Source: Pseudonocardiaceae bacterium (lineage in GTDB: Bacteria; Actinomycetota; Actinomycetes; Mycobacteriales; Pseudonocardiaceae). From it: a stretch of DNA of 64,000 bases. This document shows, in pieces, positions 46,273 through 57,853 of the stretch. How positions within the stretch are numbered: the first letter of the stretch is position 1; each line of letters starts with the position of its first letter. Under the pieces are notes generated by a model, which worked only from the letters and a program-made list of their open reading frames with translations, was not told the DNA's origin and searched no databases. The position numbers and the translations under genes are program-made. The stretch is taken from positions 22,955 through 86,954 of the forward strand of contig DASXOJ010000147.1 in the NCBI GenBank assembly GCA_036494465.1. Reading direction: 5' to 3'.

Positions 46273-46746
46273 ATGAGCGAGATGCGAGTCGTCGGTGTTC
46301 GAGTCGAGTTGCCCCAGAACCAGCCAATCTTGCTGTTGCGCGAGGCGTCTGGTGATCGCTACCTGCCGATCTGGATCGGCTCGGTCGAGGCCACCGCGAT
46401 CGCGCTGGAACAGCAGGGTGTCCGGCCGCCCCGCCCGCTGACCCACGACCTGCTCAAGGAGATCATCTCCGCGCTCGGTCGTGAGCTGGAACAGGTCCGG
46501 ATCACCGGCCTCCAGGAAGGCACGTTCTACGCGGAGCTCGTCTTCGACGGCGACGTACGCGTTTCCGCCCGCCCCAGCGACTCGGTAGCGCTGGCGCTGC
46601 GCGTCGGGGTGCCGATCCACGCGGAGGAGTCGGTGCTCGCCGAGGCCGGCCTGATCATCCCGGACGAGCAGGAGGACGAGGTCGAGAAGTTCCGCGAGTT
46701 CCTCGACTCGGTCTCGCCGGAGGACTTCCGCGGAGCGGACACATGA
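46273..46746 (+). CDS. Bifunctional nuclease family protein (DUF151, Rv1829-like)
   Basis: LPIWIG, RPLTHDL, ARPSDSVALA, EKFREFLDSVSPEDF. Confidence 0.9.
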   Translation: MSEMRVVGVRVELPQNQPILLLREASGDRYLPIWIGSVEATAIALEQQGVRPPRPLTHDLLKEIISALGRELEQVRITGLQEGTFYAELVFDGDVRVSARPSDSVALALRVGVPIHAEESVLAEAGLIIPDEQEDEVEKFREFLDSVSPEDFRGADT

Positions 46747-46796
46747 GCAGAGCCGCGGAGCGGACACCTGAGCAGAGCCGCGGAGCGGATACCTGA
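46728..46796 (+). repeat. Tandem 25-nt repeat (two full units plus partials) spanning the nuclease stop codon
   Basis: tgagcagagccgcggagcgga(c/t)acc at 46744-46768 and 46769-46793, preceded by ccgcggagcggacaca. Confidence 0.85.
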
Positions 46797-46820
46797 CGGA
46801 GCCACGCTCCCCAACTGACG

Positions 46821-46860
46821 AAGTCCGGCCGGCCCGTGCGAATACGGGCCGGCCGGACTT
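46821..46860. terminator. 17-bp perfect hairpin, probable bidirectional terminator
   Basis: aagtccggccggcccgt-gcgaat-acgggccggccggactt between convergent genes. Confidence 0.8.
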
Positions 46861-46873
46861 GTTCGGTGTGGGT

Positions 46874-47350
46874 TTACAGGGAGGTGTTGGTGGCCCAGAC
46901 CGCGCTGTTGCCCTTGTAGATCACCACGTTGCCGTCGTCCTGGACCCACAGCGAGCACTGGCCGCCGCAGACCCCGCTGGTGCCCGACGCCCAGGTCGCG
47001 GTGCTGCCGCGGTAGACGACCAGGTTGCCGTCGCGCTGCCAGACCGCGTAGTTGGAGCCCAGCGAGTAGCCGTTCTGCCAGGACAGCGCGCCGCTGTTGT
47101 CGTGATCGACCGCGAGTTCGATGGTGGCCGGGTCCTCCTGGACCAGCTTGAGCACATTGCGCCCGTTGGGCGAGACCTGCCAGTAGGCGCTGCTGTTGTT
47201 CTGCCAGACATAGCCCAGGCCGACCTGGTGGCCTTCGCCACCCGCTGGCCGGGCAGAGGCCGGTGCGGCCAGAGCGATCAGGGCGACGGCTGTGGCCGCG
47301 ATCGCGGTGAGAACTGTTCGGACGTGCGACCGTGTGGTCGACGATGACAT
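46874..47350 (-). CDS. Secreted bulb-type (GNA/B-lectin) mannose-binding lectin domain protein
   Basis: Signal peptide ending APASA; QRDGNLVVY and QDDGNVVIY (QxDxNxVxY), WASGT/WATNT; GGAGG RBS. Confidence 0.87.
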   Translation of the reverse strand: MSSSTTRSHVRTVLTAIAATAVALIALAAPASARPAGGEGHQVGLGYVWQNNSSAYWQVSPNGRNVLKLVQEDPATIELAVDHDNSGALSWQNGYSLGSNYAVWQRDGNLVVYRGSTATWASGTSGVCGGQCSLWVQDDGNVVIYKGNSAVWATNTSL

Positions 47351-47772
47351 GGTGCTACCTCCCAAGGCAGGCGGACTTTCATAACAAAACAGACATTAGC
47401 CACAATCGAAAGTCCACAAAAGCGACATTCGTAGGTTGACGGGCAGTGGCCCGGATGCGTCCGAGTGAGTGCGTGATCAACAGCCTGGCCTCGATCCGGA
47501 CAGTTATCGTCCGGATCGGCCTGGTCCAGGGAGTATCGGGGTCGGCTCAGCCCATCCTTATGTGATCAACAATTCAGCCAGTCGAGCTGCTCCCGCGCGT
47601 CGCGTTGACCGGTCCGCTCACCGGTCTTACCGTCGATGTCAGTGAATCGCGGCGGTGTGATTCGTAGTAGAACGAACGACACCGCTGCGTAAGCGTGACC
47701 GGCCAACCCCCAGCGGAGGGGTCGGGGGTCGCGCGGACCGGTCCTTCGCGGGCCGGACGAGGGGAGGCAGGC

Positions 47773-48357
47773 GTGGTGCAGGAAGTACCCGACCGGGCCG
47801 AGAGTTCCGCCGGTGCCGCGGCCGGCGAGCAGGCCGCGCTGTTCCCGGACGCCTCGTTGCCGGATGAGCTGGTCGGCTACCGGGGTACTGCGGCATGCCA
47901 GATCGCCGGCATCACCTACCGGCAGCTGGACTACTGGGCGCGCACCTCGCTGGTCGCGCCGACGATCCGCACCGCGCACGGGTCCGGGTCGGCCCGGCTG
48001 TACTCGTTCAAGGACATCCTGGTGCTCAAGGTGGTCAAGCGGCTGCTGGACACCGGGGTCTCGTTGCAGAACATCAGGGTCGCCGTCGACCACCTGCGCA
48101 AGCGCGGCGTCGCCGATCTGGCCCGGATCACCCTGTTCAGCGATGGCACCACCGTCTACGAGTGCACCTCGCCCGAGGAGGTCGTCGATCTGCTCCAGGG
48201 CGGTCAGGGTGTGTTCGGCATCGCGGTCAGCGGCGCCATGCGCGAGATCAGCGGCACCATCCACGAGTTCCCGGCCGAGCGCGCCGATGGCGGCGAGATC
48301 GAGATGGTGACCGAGGACGAGCTGGCCCGGCACCGCAGGGAACGCCGCACGGGCTGA
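47773..48357 (+). CDS. MerR family regulator (Rv1830/McdR-like)
   Basis: GYRG..ACQIAGITYRQLDYWART, RLYSFKDILVLK, SPEEVVDLLQGGQGVFGIA. Confidence 0.92.
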   Translation: MVQEVPDRAESSAGAAAGEQAALFPDASLPDELVGYRGTAACQIAGITYRQLDYWARTSLVAPTIRTAHGSGSARLYSFKDILVLKVVKRLLDTGVSLQNIRVAVDHLRKRGVADLARITLFSDGTTVYECTSPEEVVDLLQGGQGVFGIAVSGAMREISGTIHEFPAERADGGEIEMVTEDELARHRRERRTG

Positions 48358-48437
48358 CCAGCAATATCGGTCACTGTCGCGCGTGCCACTAGTGGGGATC
48401 GAGCGATCACCGGGTACGCTTTGCAGGTAGTCGTAGA

Positions 48438-48637
48438 CCCCGTGCGGGAGAGTCCGGACGAGATCTGTCCGGCGCCGAAGGAGCAATTCCTCCCCGGAAC
48501 CTCTCAGGCAGCCAGGACCGCGTGGGCGAGACGCCTCTGGAAAGCGGGTTCGCTGAACCCCGCCGACGGTGCAAAGCCGGTCTGACCGGCTGAAGCTCTC
48601 AGGCATCCGCGGTTATCGGGCGGGTACGGACAGAGGG
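48438..48637 (+). ncRNA. Tandem glycine riboswitch
   Basis: Aptamer 1: GGAGA, CCGAAGGAGCA, CTCTCAGG. Aptamer 2: GGAAA, CCGACGGTGCA, CTCTCAGG, GACAGAGG. Directly upstream of gcvP. Confidence 0.93.
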
Positions 48638-48715
48638 GGAGGGCCGGTTCTGCGGGCGTGGTGCGCCAGCAGGACACCAGCCCAGCTTGCCCCCTGACCC
48701 GCTGGAGGCCCGCCC

Positions 48716-51592
<2,877 letters not shown>

Positions 51593-51632
51593 CGCAAGCG
51601 GCCATCGAGCCGCTAACATGGTCGCCACACCC

Positions 51633-51678
51633 AGGCGGCTACGGCGAGTACTGACCTCAGTCGCCGCCGTAGCCGCCT
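51633..51678 (+). terminator. Stem-loop after gcvP
   Basis: aggcggctacggc ... gccgtagccgcct, 13-bp arms. Confidence 0.55.
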
Positions 51679-51703
51679 AGTTTGCTTCCGGGAGTGACAC
51701 GCC

Positions 51704-52444
51704 ATGCAGAACGACCGGCCTCGGCGCGGCAAAGGTCGGAAGGGCCGCGACAATCGAGGCGGGCCCGCGGAGGACAGTGGCTTCTTCACCAACGACGGCT
51801 TCGAAGCCGAACTGGACGCGGTTGCGTTCGAGAACACCGCGCTGAACAACATGGACCCGATCCGCGAGGCGCAGCTGTTCGAGCAGTTCGAGCAGGACTA
51901 CCGCTCCGGCGGCTACGAGCCCGGCACGAACGTCGACGCCGAGGAGACTCGCGAGCGGTTTGGCCCGGACCCGCGCGACATCTCCGGCTACCGCCCGCTG
52001 GCCAAGCGCACCGATTCCGGCTACCACCTGGCCCCCGAAGACCACCCCGCCGACGACCGCCGCCGCGACGACCGGCGCCCGAATGACCGCCGCGCCAACG
52101 ACTCCCGCGCCAACGACCCCCGGGCTGACCGCCGCCCAGACGACCGCCGCGCCGCTGACCGTCATGCCGCGGACCGCCGCGACGAACGCCGCCCAGATGA
52201 CCGCCGCGATGATCGTCGCGCCGATGCTCGTCGCGGTGATCGGCCGCGCCACGGCAGGTCCCGTCCGCCCGAGGGCGGCGCGCGCATCCCGATGTTCACC
52301 CGCAAGATCAGCCCCGCACCAGGCCAGCGACCGTCCGGCGCTAGCCAACCGTCTCCGTTCGGCGAGCTCACCGGCTACGTCGTGCCGATCGCGGTCGCGG
52401 TGGTCATCGTGATGGTGCTCGTGGTACTGCTGCTCAACCGTTAG
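51704..52444 (+). CDS. Hypothetical tail-anchored protein with an Arg/Asp mixed-charge repeat
   Basis: GGGAG RBS; DDRR-type repeats; one C-terminal hydrophobic helix. Confidence 0.65.
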   Translation: MQNDRPRRGKGRKGRDNRGGPAEDSGFFTNDGFEAELDAVAFENTALNNMDPIREAQLFEQFEQDYRSGGYEPGTNVDAEETRERFGPDPRDISGYRPLAKRTDSGYHLAPEDHPADDRRRDDRRPNDRRANDSRANDPRADRRPDDRRAADRHAADRRDERRPDDRRDDRRADARRGDRPRHGRSRPPEGGARIPMFTRKISPAPGQRPSGASQPSPFGELTGYVVPIAVAVVIVMVLVVLLLNR

Positions 52445-53091
52445 TCGTTGTGCCTCGGGTCGGCACCGTTCAACGTCCAGTGCCGGGCGACCGAAGGCAT
52501 CCAGAACTCGTTGTCGTCCCGGGTGACCGGCCGCATGCCGATCCAGCTGATCGCGAGCTGGCCGCCCTCGTGGTCGCTGTAGAGCAGTTCGACCGCGAAC
52601 GGTTCGCGCGCCTTGATGACATCGCACAGCGGCTGGTAGAACTCGTCTTCCTTGTCGCGCACCGCGGCTTGCCAGTAGCTCGTGTCGCCGGCGGCGATGT
52701 AGAGATCGCGCCCCTGGGTGCGGAACTCGTCGATCTGGCGGTGCTCCGGCGGTGAGGCCGCGTACGGGATGGTCAGGTACCAGCCCTGGAGCACACCGAT
52801 GCCGGAGCCGACGTTGCGCAGCGAGATCGCCAGGTAGATGTTGTCGTCGTCGATTTCGGCGATCCCTTGCCCACCCCGCAGATGCGCCCAGTGCCGGTCC
52901 TGCCAGATCAGTTTCTCCTCCGGGTCGCCCGCGCGGGAGGGCACCAGCACCGGTTTGAGGGTCTGCAACAGCGCGCGCTCGGCCACCCGCGCGGACCGGT
53001 TGGCTGAGCGGATCGAGGCGAACGTGGCCACCGCGAGCACCAGGGTGCCCAGCGCGGTGGCCAGATTGGACAGTGTCGCGACATCGGGCAC
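52441..53091 (-). CDS. Hypothetical protein with an N-terminal TM helix
   Basis: GTG 53091 lies 7 nt after a TACAGT -10 (leaderless); LATALGTLVLAVATF helix. Confidence 0.7.
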   Translation of the reverse strand: MPDVATLSNLATALGTLVLAVATFASIRSANRSARVAERALLQTLKPVLVPSRAGDPEEKLIWQDRHWAHLRGGQGIAEIDDDNIYLAISLRNVGSGIGVLQGWYLTIPYAASPPEHRQIDEFRTQGRDLYIAAGDTSYWQAAVRDKEDEFYQPLCDVIKAREPFAVELLYSDHEGGQLAISWIGMRPVTRDDNEFWMPSVARHWTLNGADPRHND

Positions 53092-53139
53092 GCAGCGAAC
53101 TGTAGCGGGCAAATCGCCAGCTTGGGACCGGATTCAGCG

Positions 53140-53562
53140 CTACGCGAGCCGAAAGTCGGCGTAGTCGAACCCGGGGGAGACCACGCAACTCATCAGCGTG
53201 TCCGCACTGACACGCTCGGTCGACTGCCACTGCCCGGCCGGGATGTGCACCTGCGGCCGTTGCCCTGACTCGATGTCCGGGCCCAGCACCACCTCGGTCA
53301 CCGCGCCGGGATCGGCACTCTCGCCGCCGAACCGGAGCGTCACGGGCGCGCCCCGGTGCCAGAACCACAGTTCGTCCGAACGCAACTGGTGCCACGCCGA
53401 CTGCTGACCTTGTTCGAGCAGGAAGTAGATCGCGCTGGCGACAACGCGCTCGCCGGGAAAACCGGCCGGTTCGACGGCGTGCGCGGATCGCCAGGTCGCG
53501 GCGAAGAATCCGCCCTCACCGACCAACGGCGTCAACCCCAACTCCGCTGCCCACTGTTCCAT
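53140..53562 (-). CDS. Cupin superfamily protein (DUF985/Cupin_5)
   Basis: EGGFF, SAIYFLL, WHQLRSDELWFWHRG, CVVSPGFDYADF. Confidence 0.88.
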   Translation of the reverse strand: MEQWAAELGLTPLVGEGGFFAATWRSAHAVEPAGFPGERVVASAIYFLLEQGQQSAWHQLRSDELWFWHRGAPVTLRFGGESADPGAVTEVVLGPDIESGQRPQVHIPAGQWQSTERVSADTLMSCVVSPGFDYADFRLA

Positions 53563-53573
53563 GCCGACCGAGC

Positions 53574-54800
53574 TTAGGGCGCCTGGGCGCCGGTCCACGC
53601 GGTGACCAGCCGCTGCGAGGTGTCCGGATCGGTCGGCAGGGCGGTCGTGTGCACGGTGCCCCAGTCCATACCGGGCGAGGGCACCGGCCGCTGGCTGCCG
53701 CTGGTGGTGCGGAAGCCGGACTTGGCCAGTTGCTGCTGTTCGGCCGGGCTGCGCAGGAACGCGCGGAACATCTGCGCGGCCTGGCCCTGCGAGCTGTTCA
53801 CCCAGTTGCCTGCCAACGGCACGTACGGGAAATCCAGGCACGGCCCGCTGCCGGTCAACCGGACCTCGTCGAGCACGTTCTCGGGCTTGGTGACGCCGTC
53901 GGTGCCCAGATTGCGTTCGTAGAGCGACACTTCCGGCACCGGCACCGCCGAATACGGCGCGCCCTGCACACCCGGCGATTTGGCCAGCGCGATCAGCGCG
54001 GTCAAGGTGTCCGACGGCAGGCTCTGCGGCTGTTTGGTCGCGACCGTGGTGATCGCGCCCGCGACCGGCGCGGAGGTGAGTGCGTCCGGGGTCAGCGGGG
54101 TGTTGCCGGGGTCGACCATGGCTTCCAGCGCGAGTTGGCTGGCCGGGTTGGTGGCCGGATTGGGCAGGTCGACGGTGAACGCACCCCAGGTCGGTTCGCC
54201 GAGGCTGGACCAGCCGGTGTCGGAGGCGAGCAGGTTCGGCAGCCCCGGCCAGGACAGTTGCGCGGTCCCGGACATCGCCCGCGCCGCGTCCGGCGGCATG
54301 GCGAGCACGATCGGGCTGGTGGCGACCGACTGGACCACGTCCCCGACCAGCGCGCCGTGCTGGCTGACCAGCTGGTTGGTCCACAGCGACGAGTCCGCGA
54401 GCCACGCCTGCGGCTTGGGCCCGTACTTGGTCGCGTCCCAGGTGCCGGTCAGGCCGGCCAGTGCCTGCGCGGGGTCGACCGCGCTGACCTGGATCTGCAC
54501 GCAGTGCTCGGCGACGACGATCTGCTGCGCGTTGTACGCCTCGGCCGCGTTCCTGGTGGCCACCGCGATCGACGGAGCCGCCGCCACCTGGACGTTCATC
54601 GGGCCGTCGTCGCAGGCGTGGGCCTGGGCTTCGTTGCGCGCCTTGAGCACGCCGCCCATCCACATCCAGGCCACGCCGCCCAGCAAAACCAGGATGACCA
54701 GCGCGACCACGACGATCGGCCAGCGCGCGATCCGCCGCAGGCCGAGTGGCGACCGCGCCTGGCGGCGCATCGTCCACTTGTCCGACCGGTGTCGCGACAT
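53574..54800 (-). CDS. Membrane-anchored substrate-binding-domain protein (Rv1836c-like, apparently without VWA)
   Basis: N-terminal TM; VAAAPSIA, PQAWLADSSLW, SVATSPIVLA, LDFPY, LAKSGFR. Confidence 0.75.
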   Translation of the reverse strand: MSRHRSDKWTMRRQARSPLGLRRIARWPIVVVALVILVLLGGVAWMWMGGVLKARNEAQAHACDDGPMNVQVAAAPSIAVATRNAAEAYNAQQIVVAEHCVQIQVSAVDPAQALAGLTGTWDATKYGPKPQAWLADSSLWTNQLVSQHGALVGDVVQSVATSPIVLAMPPDAARAMSGTAQLSWPGLPNLLASDTGWSSLGEPTWGAFTVDLPNPATNPASQLALEAMVDPGNTPLTPDALTSAPVAGAITTVATKQPQSLPSDTLTALIALAKSPGVQGAPYSAVPVPEVSLYERNLGTDGVTKPENVLDEVRLTGSGPCLDFPYVPLAGNWVNSSQGQAAQMFRAFLRSPAEQQQLAKSGFRTTSGSQRPVPSPGMDWGTVHTTALPTDPDTSQRLVTAWTGAQAP

Positions 54801-54909
54801 TGTTCCCCTTGTTCCCCTTATGACAGAGCTGAATCGGCGTCACGCTAACAGGTGACGGTTGTACTCCGGATGAAACCGCGCTCAGTAGTCGCTTATTGGC
54901 GGCCAGCGT

Positions 54910-55800
54910 TCAGTTCGACGGTACGGGCGCCAGCAGGTCGGCGCAGACGGCGAGCAGTCTGGCGCGCAGTGGTGCCGCACCCCGCGCGAACCCCGCCTGT
55001 TCGCGGGCGTATTCGGCGCGGCCCTGCGGGGTTTCGATCGGCACCGGTTGGTAGCCGAGTGAACGCAGATCGTAAGGACTGGCGCGCATGTCGAGTTCGC
55101 GCACCCGCAGTGCCAACGCGAAGCAGTCCGCGACGAGTTCGGCGGGCACGTACGGGTCCAACTTGTAGGCCCATTTGAATAAATCCATGTTCGCGTGCAA
55201 ACAGCCCGGCTGTTCCAGTTCGGGCTGACGTGCCCTGGTGGGCTGGATCGTGTTGTGCGGGACCGCTTCCGGCGTGAAGAACCGGAACGCGTCGAAATGC
55301 CCGCAGCGCACCGTCAGGCTCTCGACCACCGCGTCGGTGCCGGTCGAACCGAGCCGCAGCGGCCAGTCGTGGTGCCGCACGTCCTCCTGGCCGATCCGGT
55401 ACACCATCGCCCACTCGTGCAACCCGAAACAGCCAAGGTGCGGCGGTCGAGACGCGGTCGCGGCGAGTAGTCCCGCGATGAACTCGGCGGTCTGCACCCG
55501 GGTGGGCGGCAGCACCGGGTCGACCATGACACCGTCGTCGGTCTCGACGAAACCAGGCCGTGCCAGCAGAGAACGAGCCGCATCGCCGCCAAGGACCACC
55601 CCGAGCCCGGGCGTCCAGCGCAGCAGCCGCGCCGGACGTTGCGAGTAGTAGGTGAACAGGAAGTCCAGCACCGGGTGCTTTTCCCCGCGCGCCTTACGTT
55701 GCCGGTGCGGCTCCGTCCACTGGCGAACGCGGTCCTGGTGTGCGGCCCGCCGGGCCAGCCATTCCCCCTCTTGAAGAGTCACCGCGGGTAGCAGAATCAT
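54910..55800 (-). CDS. Conserved actinobacterial protein (often labelled 3-methyladenine DNA glycosylase; function unverified)
   Basis: KHPVLDFLFTYY, CFGLHEWAMVY, CGHFDAFRFFT, EQPGCLHANMD, ELDMRASPYDL; ATGA coupling. Confidence 0.75.
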   Translation of the reverse strand: MILLPAVTLQEGEWLARRAAHQDRVRQWTEPHRQRKARGEKHPVLDFLFTYYSQRPARLLRWTPGLGVVLGGDAARSLLARPGFVETDDGVMVDPVLPPTRVQTAEFIAGLLAATASRPPHLGCFGLHEWAMVYRIGQEDVRHHDWPLRLGSTGTDAVVESLTVRCGHFDAFRFFTPEAVPHNTIQPTRARQPELEQPGCLHANMDLFKWAYKLDPYVPAELVADCFALALRVRELDMRASPYDLRSLGYQPVPIETPQGRAEYAREQAGFARGAAPLRARLLAVCADLLAPVPSN

Positions 55801-56792
55801 GCCGGGAAGTGCTTGTCCAGCCAGGTGGTCACGATGGTGAGTGCGTTCGCGCGGACCGGGGGAGCGGACAGGAACAGGTCGTGCATGCCGCCCGGAATCG
55901 CCACGCTTTCCGTGTTGGGCCCGATCTTCGGCGCCCACTGGTGGATCTGATCGACATCGAGCACGGCGTCCGCGTGCATGATCGGTTCGGTCCACTTGAG
56001 TTGGCGCAACAGGCTCTTGTCCGAGTGCATGACCAGCACTGGTCCGGGCACGGCCAAACCCTGGTGCAGTTCGTGATGCGCGCGCCGCACCGCGGCCAGC
56101 CACCCCACCCGGACCGGCACTGCTGGCAATGGTTTCCAGTCCAGCCGGTAGTCCCACGCGCCGTGGTGGTCCTGGTGCAGGCTCTCGCCGTAGGCGGTGC
56201 TGGACGTCGGCCGCAGCGCGTACATCGGCGCGAGCTTGCCGAGCAGCTGGATCAGCGGACTGGCCAGCACCCGGGTGTGCCACGGTTCGGCCAGTTCCAG
56301 CCAGGGACTGTTCAACACCAACCCGTCGACGACCCCGTCGGCGCGCCGCGCGTGTGCCCACAAACTCGTGACCAGTCCGCCGGTGGAGTGCCCGAACACG
56401 ACCAGTCGCTGATATCCGGGTACCGCGCGGATCAGTTCGGCCGCCGCGTCGAGTTCCTCGAAGTAGCCGTGCATGTCGGTGCTGAAGTTGATTTCCTGGC
56501 CCGGCCGGATCGACCGGCCGTACCGGCGCAGATCCAGTCCGTAGACGTCGAATCCGAGCGCGGCGAGTTGCCCGGCGAGCTCGCCCTGGAGGAAGTAGTC
56601 GGCCCAGCCGTGCACCAGCAGCAGAGAACCCCGCCCCGGGTTCGCGGTCGCGGGCAACCGAACCAGGGTCGCGACCACGTCGCCGTGCGCGTCCGGCCGC
56701 AGCGGGATGGTGCGCGCCTGGAAGTCGCCGCCGAGCGCGGCATCCGGCTGCCAGCCCTCGGTGGTTCCCTCAGTGGTTTCAGTCTCGGTCAT
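55797..56792 (-). CDS. Alpha/beta hydrolase (lysophospholipase-like)
   Basis: VHGWADYF, DLRRYGRS, GHSTGG, HDLFLS. Confidence 0.88.
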   Translation of the reverse strand: MTETETTEGTTEGWQPDAALGGDFQARTIPLRPDAHGDVVATLVRLPATANPGRGSLLLVHGWADYFLQGELAGQLAALGFDVYGLDLRRYGRSIRPGQEINFSTDMHGYFEELDAAAELIRAVPGYQRLVVFGHSTGGLVTSLWAHARRADGVVDGLVLNSPWLELAEPWHTRVLASPLIQLLGKLAPMYALRPTSSTAYGESLHQDHHGAWDYRLDWKPLPAVPVRVGWLAAVRRAHHELHQGLAVPGPVLVMHSDKSLLRQLKWTEPIMHADAVLDVDQIHQWAPKIGPNTESVAIPGGMHDLFLSAPPVRANALTIVTTWLDKHFPA

Positions 56793-57853
56793 GATCGGAT
56801 CGCCTCGGAGGAGTCGCGGGTCACGTGGGTGCCATCGTGCACGGTACCGACGTATTCCTCCACCAGATCTTCCAATGCCACAACGCCTGCCAGTGACCCG
56901 TCCGGGCGTACCGCGCTCGCCAGGTGCGAGTTCGCCCTGCGCAACGCGGACAGTGCCTCGTCGAGCCGGGCATCGGTGGGCAGTTCGGGCAGGCCGCGCA
57001 CCCGGTCGGCGGGGACCGGAGTGGACTGTTCGGCGTTCGCGATGTCCAGGATGTCCTTGACGTGCAGATAACCGGCGAGATGACCGTTGGTGCGCAGCGG
57101 GAACCGGGAGAAACCGGTCTTCGCGACCAGGTCCTCCACATCGCCGACGGTCGGCGCGGCAGGCAACGTGGCCAGCTCCGCCATCGGTACCACCACGTCG
57201 GCGACGGTGCGGTGCGTCGAGGACAGCGTCTGGGCCAACCGCCGGTGCTCCGAACCCTCCAGCAGCCCTTCGCGTCGCGACTCGGCGATCAGCGAAGCCA
57301 GCTCGTCCGGCGTGTACGCACTGTCCAGTTCGGACTTCGGGGTGACCCGGATCAGCTTGAGCACGCCCGATGCGATCGCCGTGTAGAGGTTGAGCAGCGG
57401 CCGGGTGAACTGGCAGAACCGCAGGTGGATCGGCACCAGCCACATCGCGGCCCGCTCCGGTCCGGCCAGCGCCAGGTTCTTCGGCACCATCTCGCCGAGC
57501 AGCGTGTGCAGCATGGTGACGACGCACAGCGCGATGGCGAACCCGATCACGTGCACCACCGCGTCCGGCACGCCCAACGCGGTGAACGGCCGCTCCAACA
57601 GGTCGGAGACGGCGGGCTCGGCCAGCGCACCGAGACCCAGCGAGCACAGCGTGACGCCGAGCTGCGCGCCCGCGATCAGCAACGGCAACTGGCTGCTGCC
57701 GCGCAACGCGGTGCGGGCCCGCGCCTTGCCCTCGTCGGCCAGGATTTCCAGCCGGTCCCGGCGCGCGGTGATCACCGCGAACTCGGCACCGACGAAGAAC
57801 GCGTTGCCCGCCAGCAGCAACACGGTCAGGAACAGGGCGAGTCCGGTGCTCAT
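56789..57853 (-). CDS. CNNM/DUF21 + CBS ('hemolysin family') protein, Rv1841c-like
   Basis: NAFFVGAEFA, QLGVTLCSL, GEMVPK, GFSRFP, LEDLVEE. Confidence 0.9.
   Translation of the reverse strand: MSTGLALFLTVLLLAGNAFFVGAEFAVITARRDRLEILADEGKARARTALRGSSQLPLLIAGAQLGVTLCSLGLGALAEPAVSDLLERPFTALGVPDAVVHVIGFAIALCVVTMLHTLLGEMVPKNLALAGPERAAMWLVPIHLRFCQFTRPLLNLYTAIASGVLKLIRVTPKSELDSAYTPDELASLIAESRREGLLEGSEHRRLAQTLSSTHRTVADVVVPMAELATLPAAPTVGDVEDLVAKTGFSRFPLRTNGHLAGYLHVKDILDIANAEQSTPVPADRVRGLPELPTDARLDEALSALRRANSHLASAVRPDGSLAGVVALEDLVEEYVGTVHDGTHVTRDSSEAIRS

Noticed and set aside
46728-46796. Possible mini-CRISPR from 25-nt repeats
   Set aside because: Units are directly adjacent with no spacers and no cas genes are present; it is a tandem duplication.
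51677-53395. 572-aa minus-strand ORF with repeats
   Set aside because: Its repeats are the antisense reading of the Arg/Asp tract. The plus-strand ORF has an RBS and a TM helix, and the other minus frame encodes a better gene (52441..53091).
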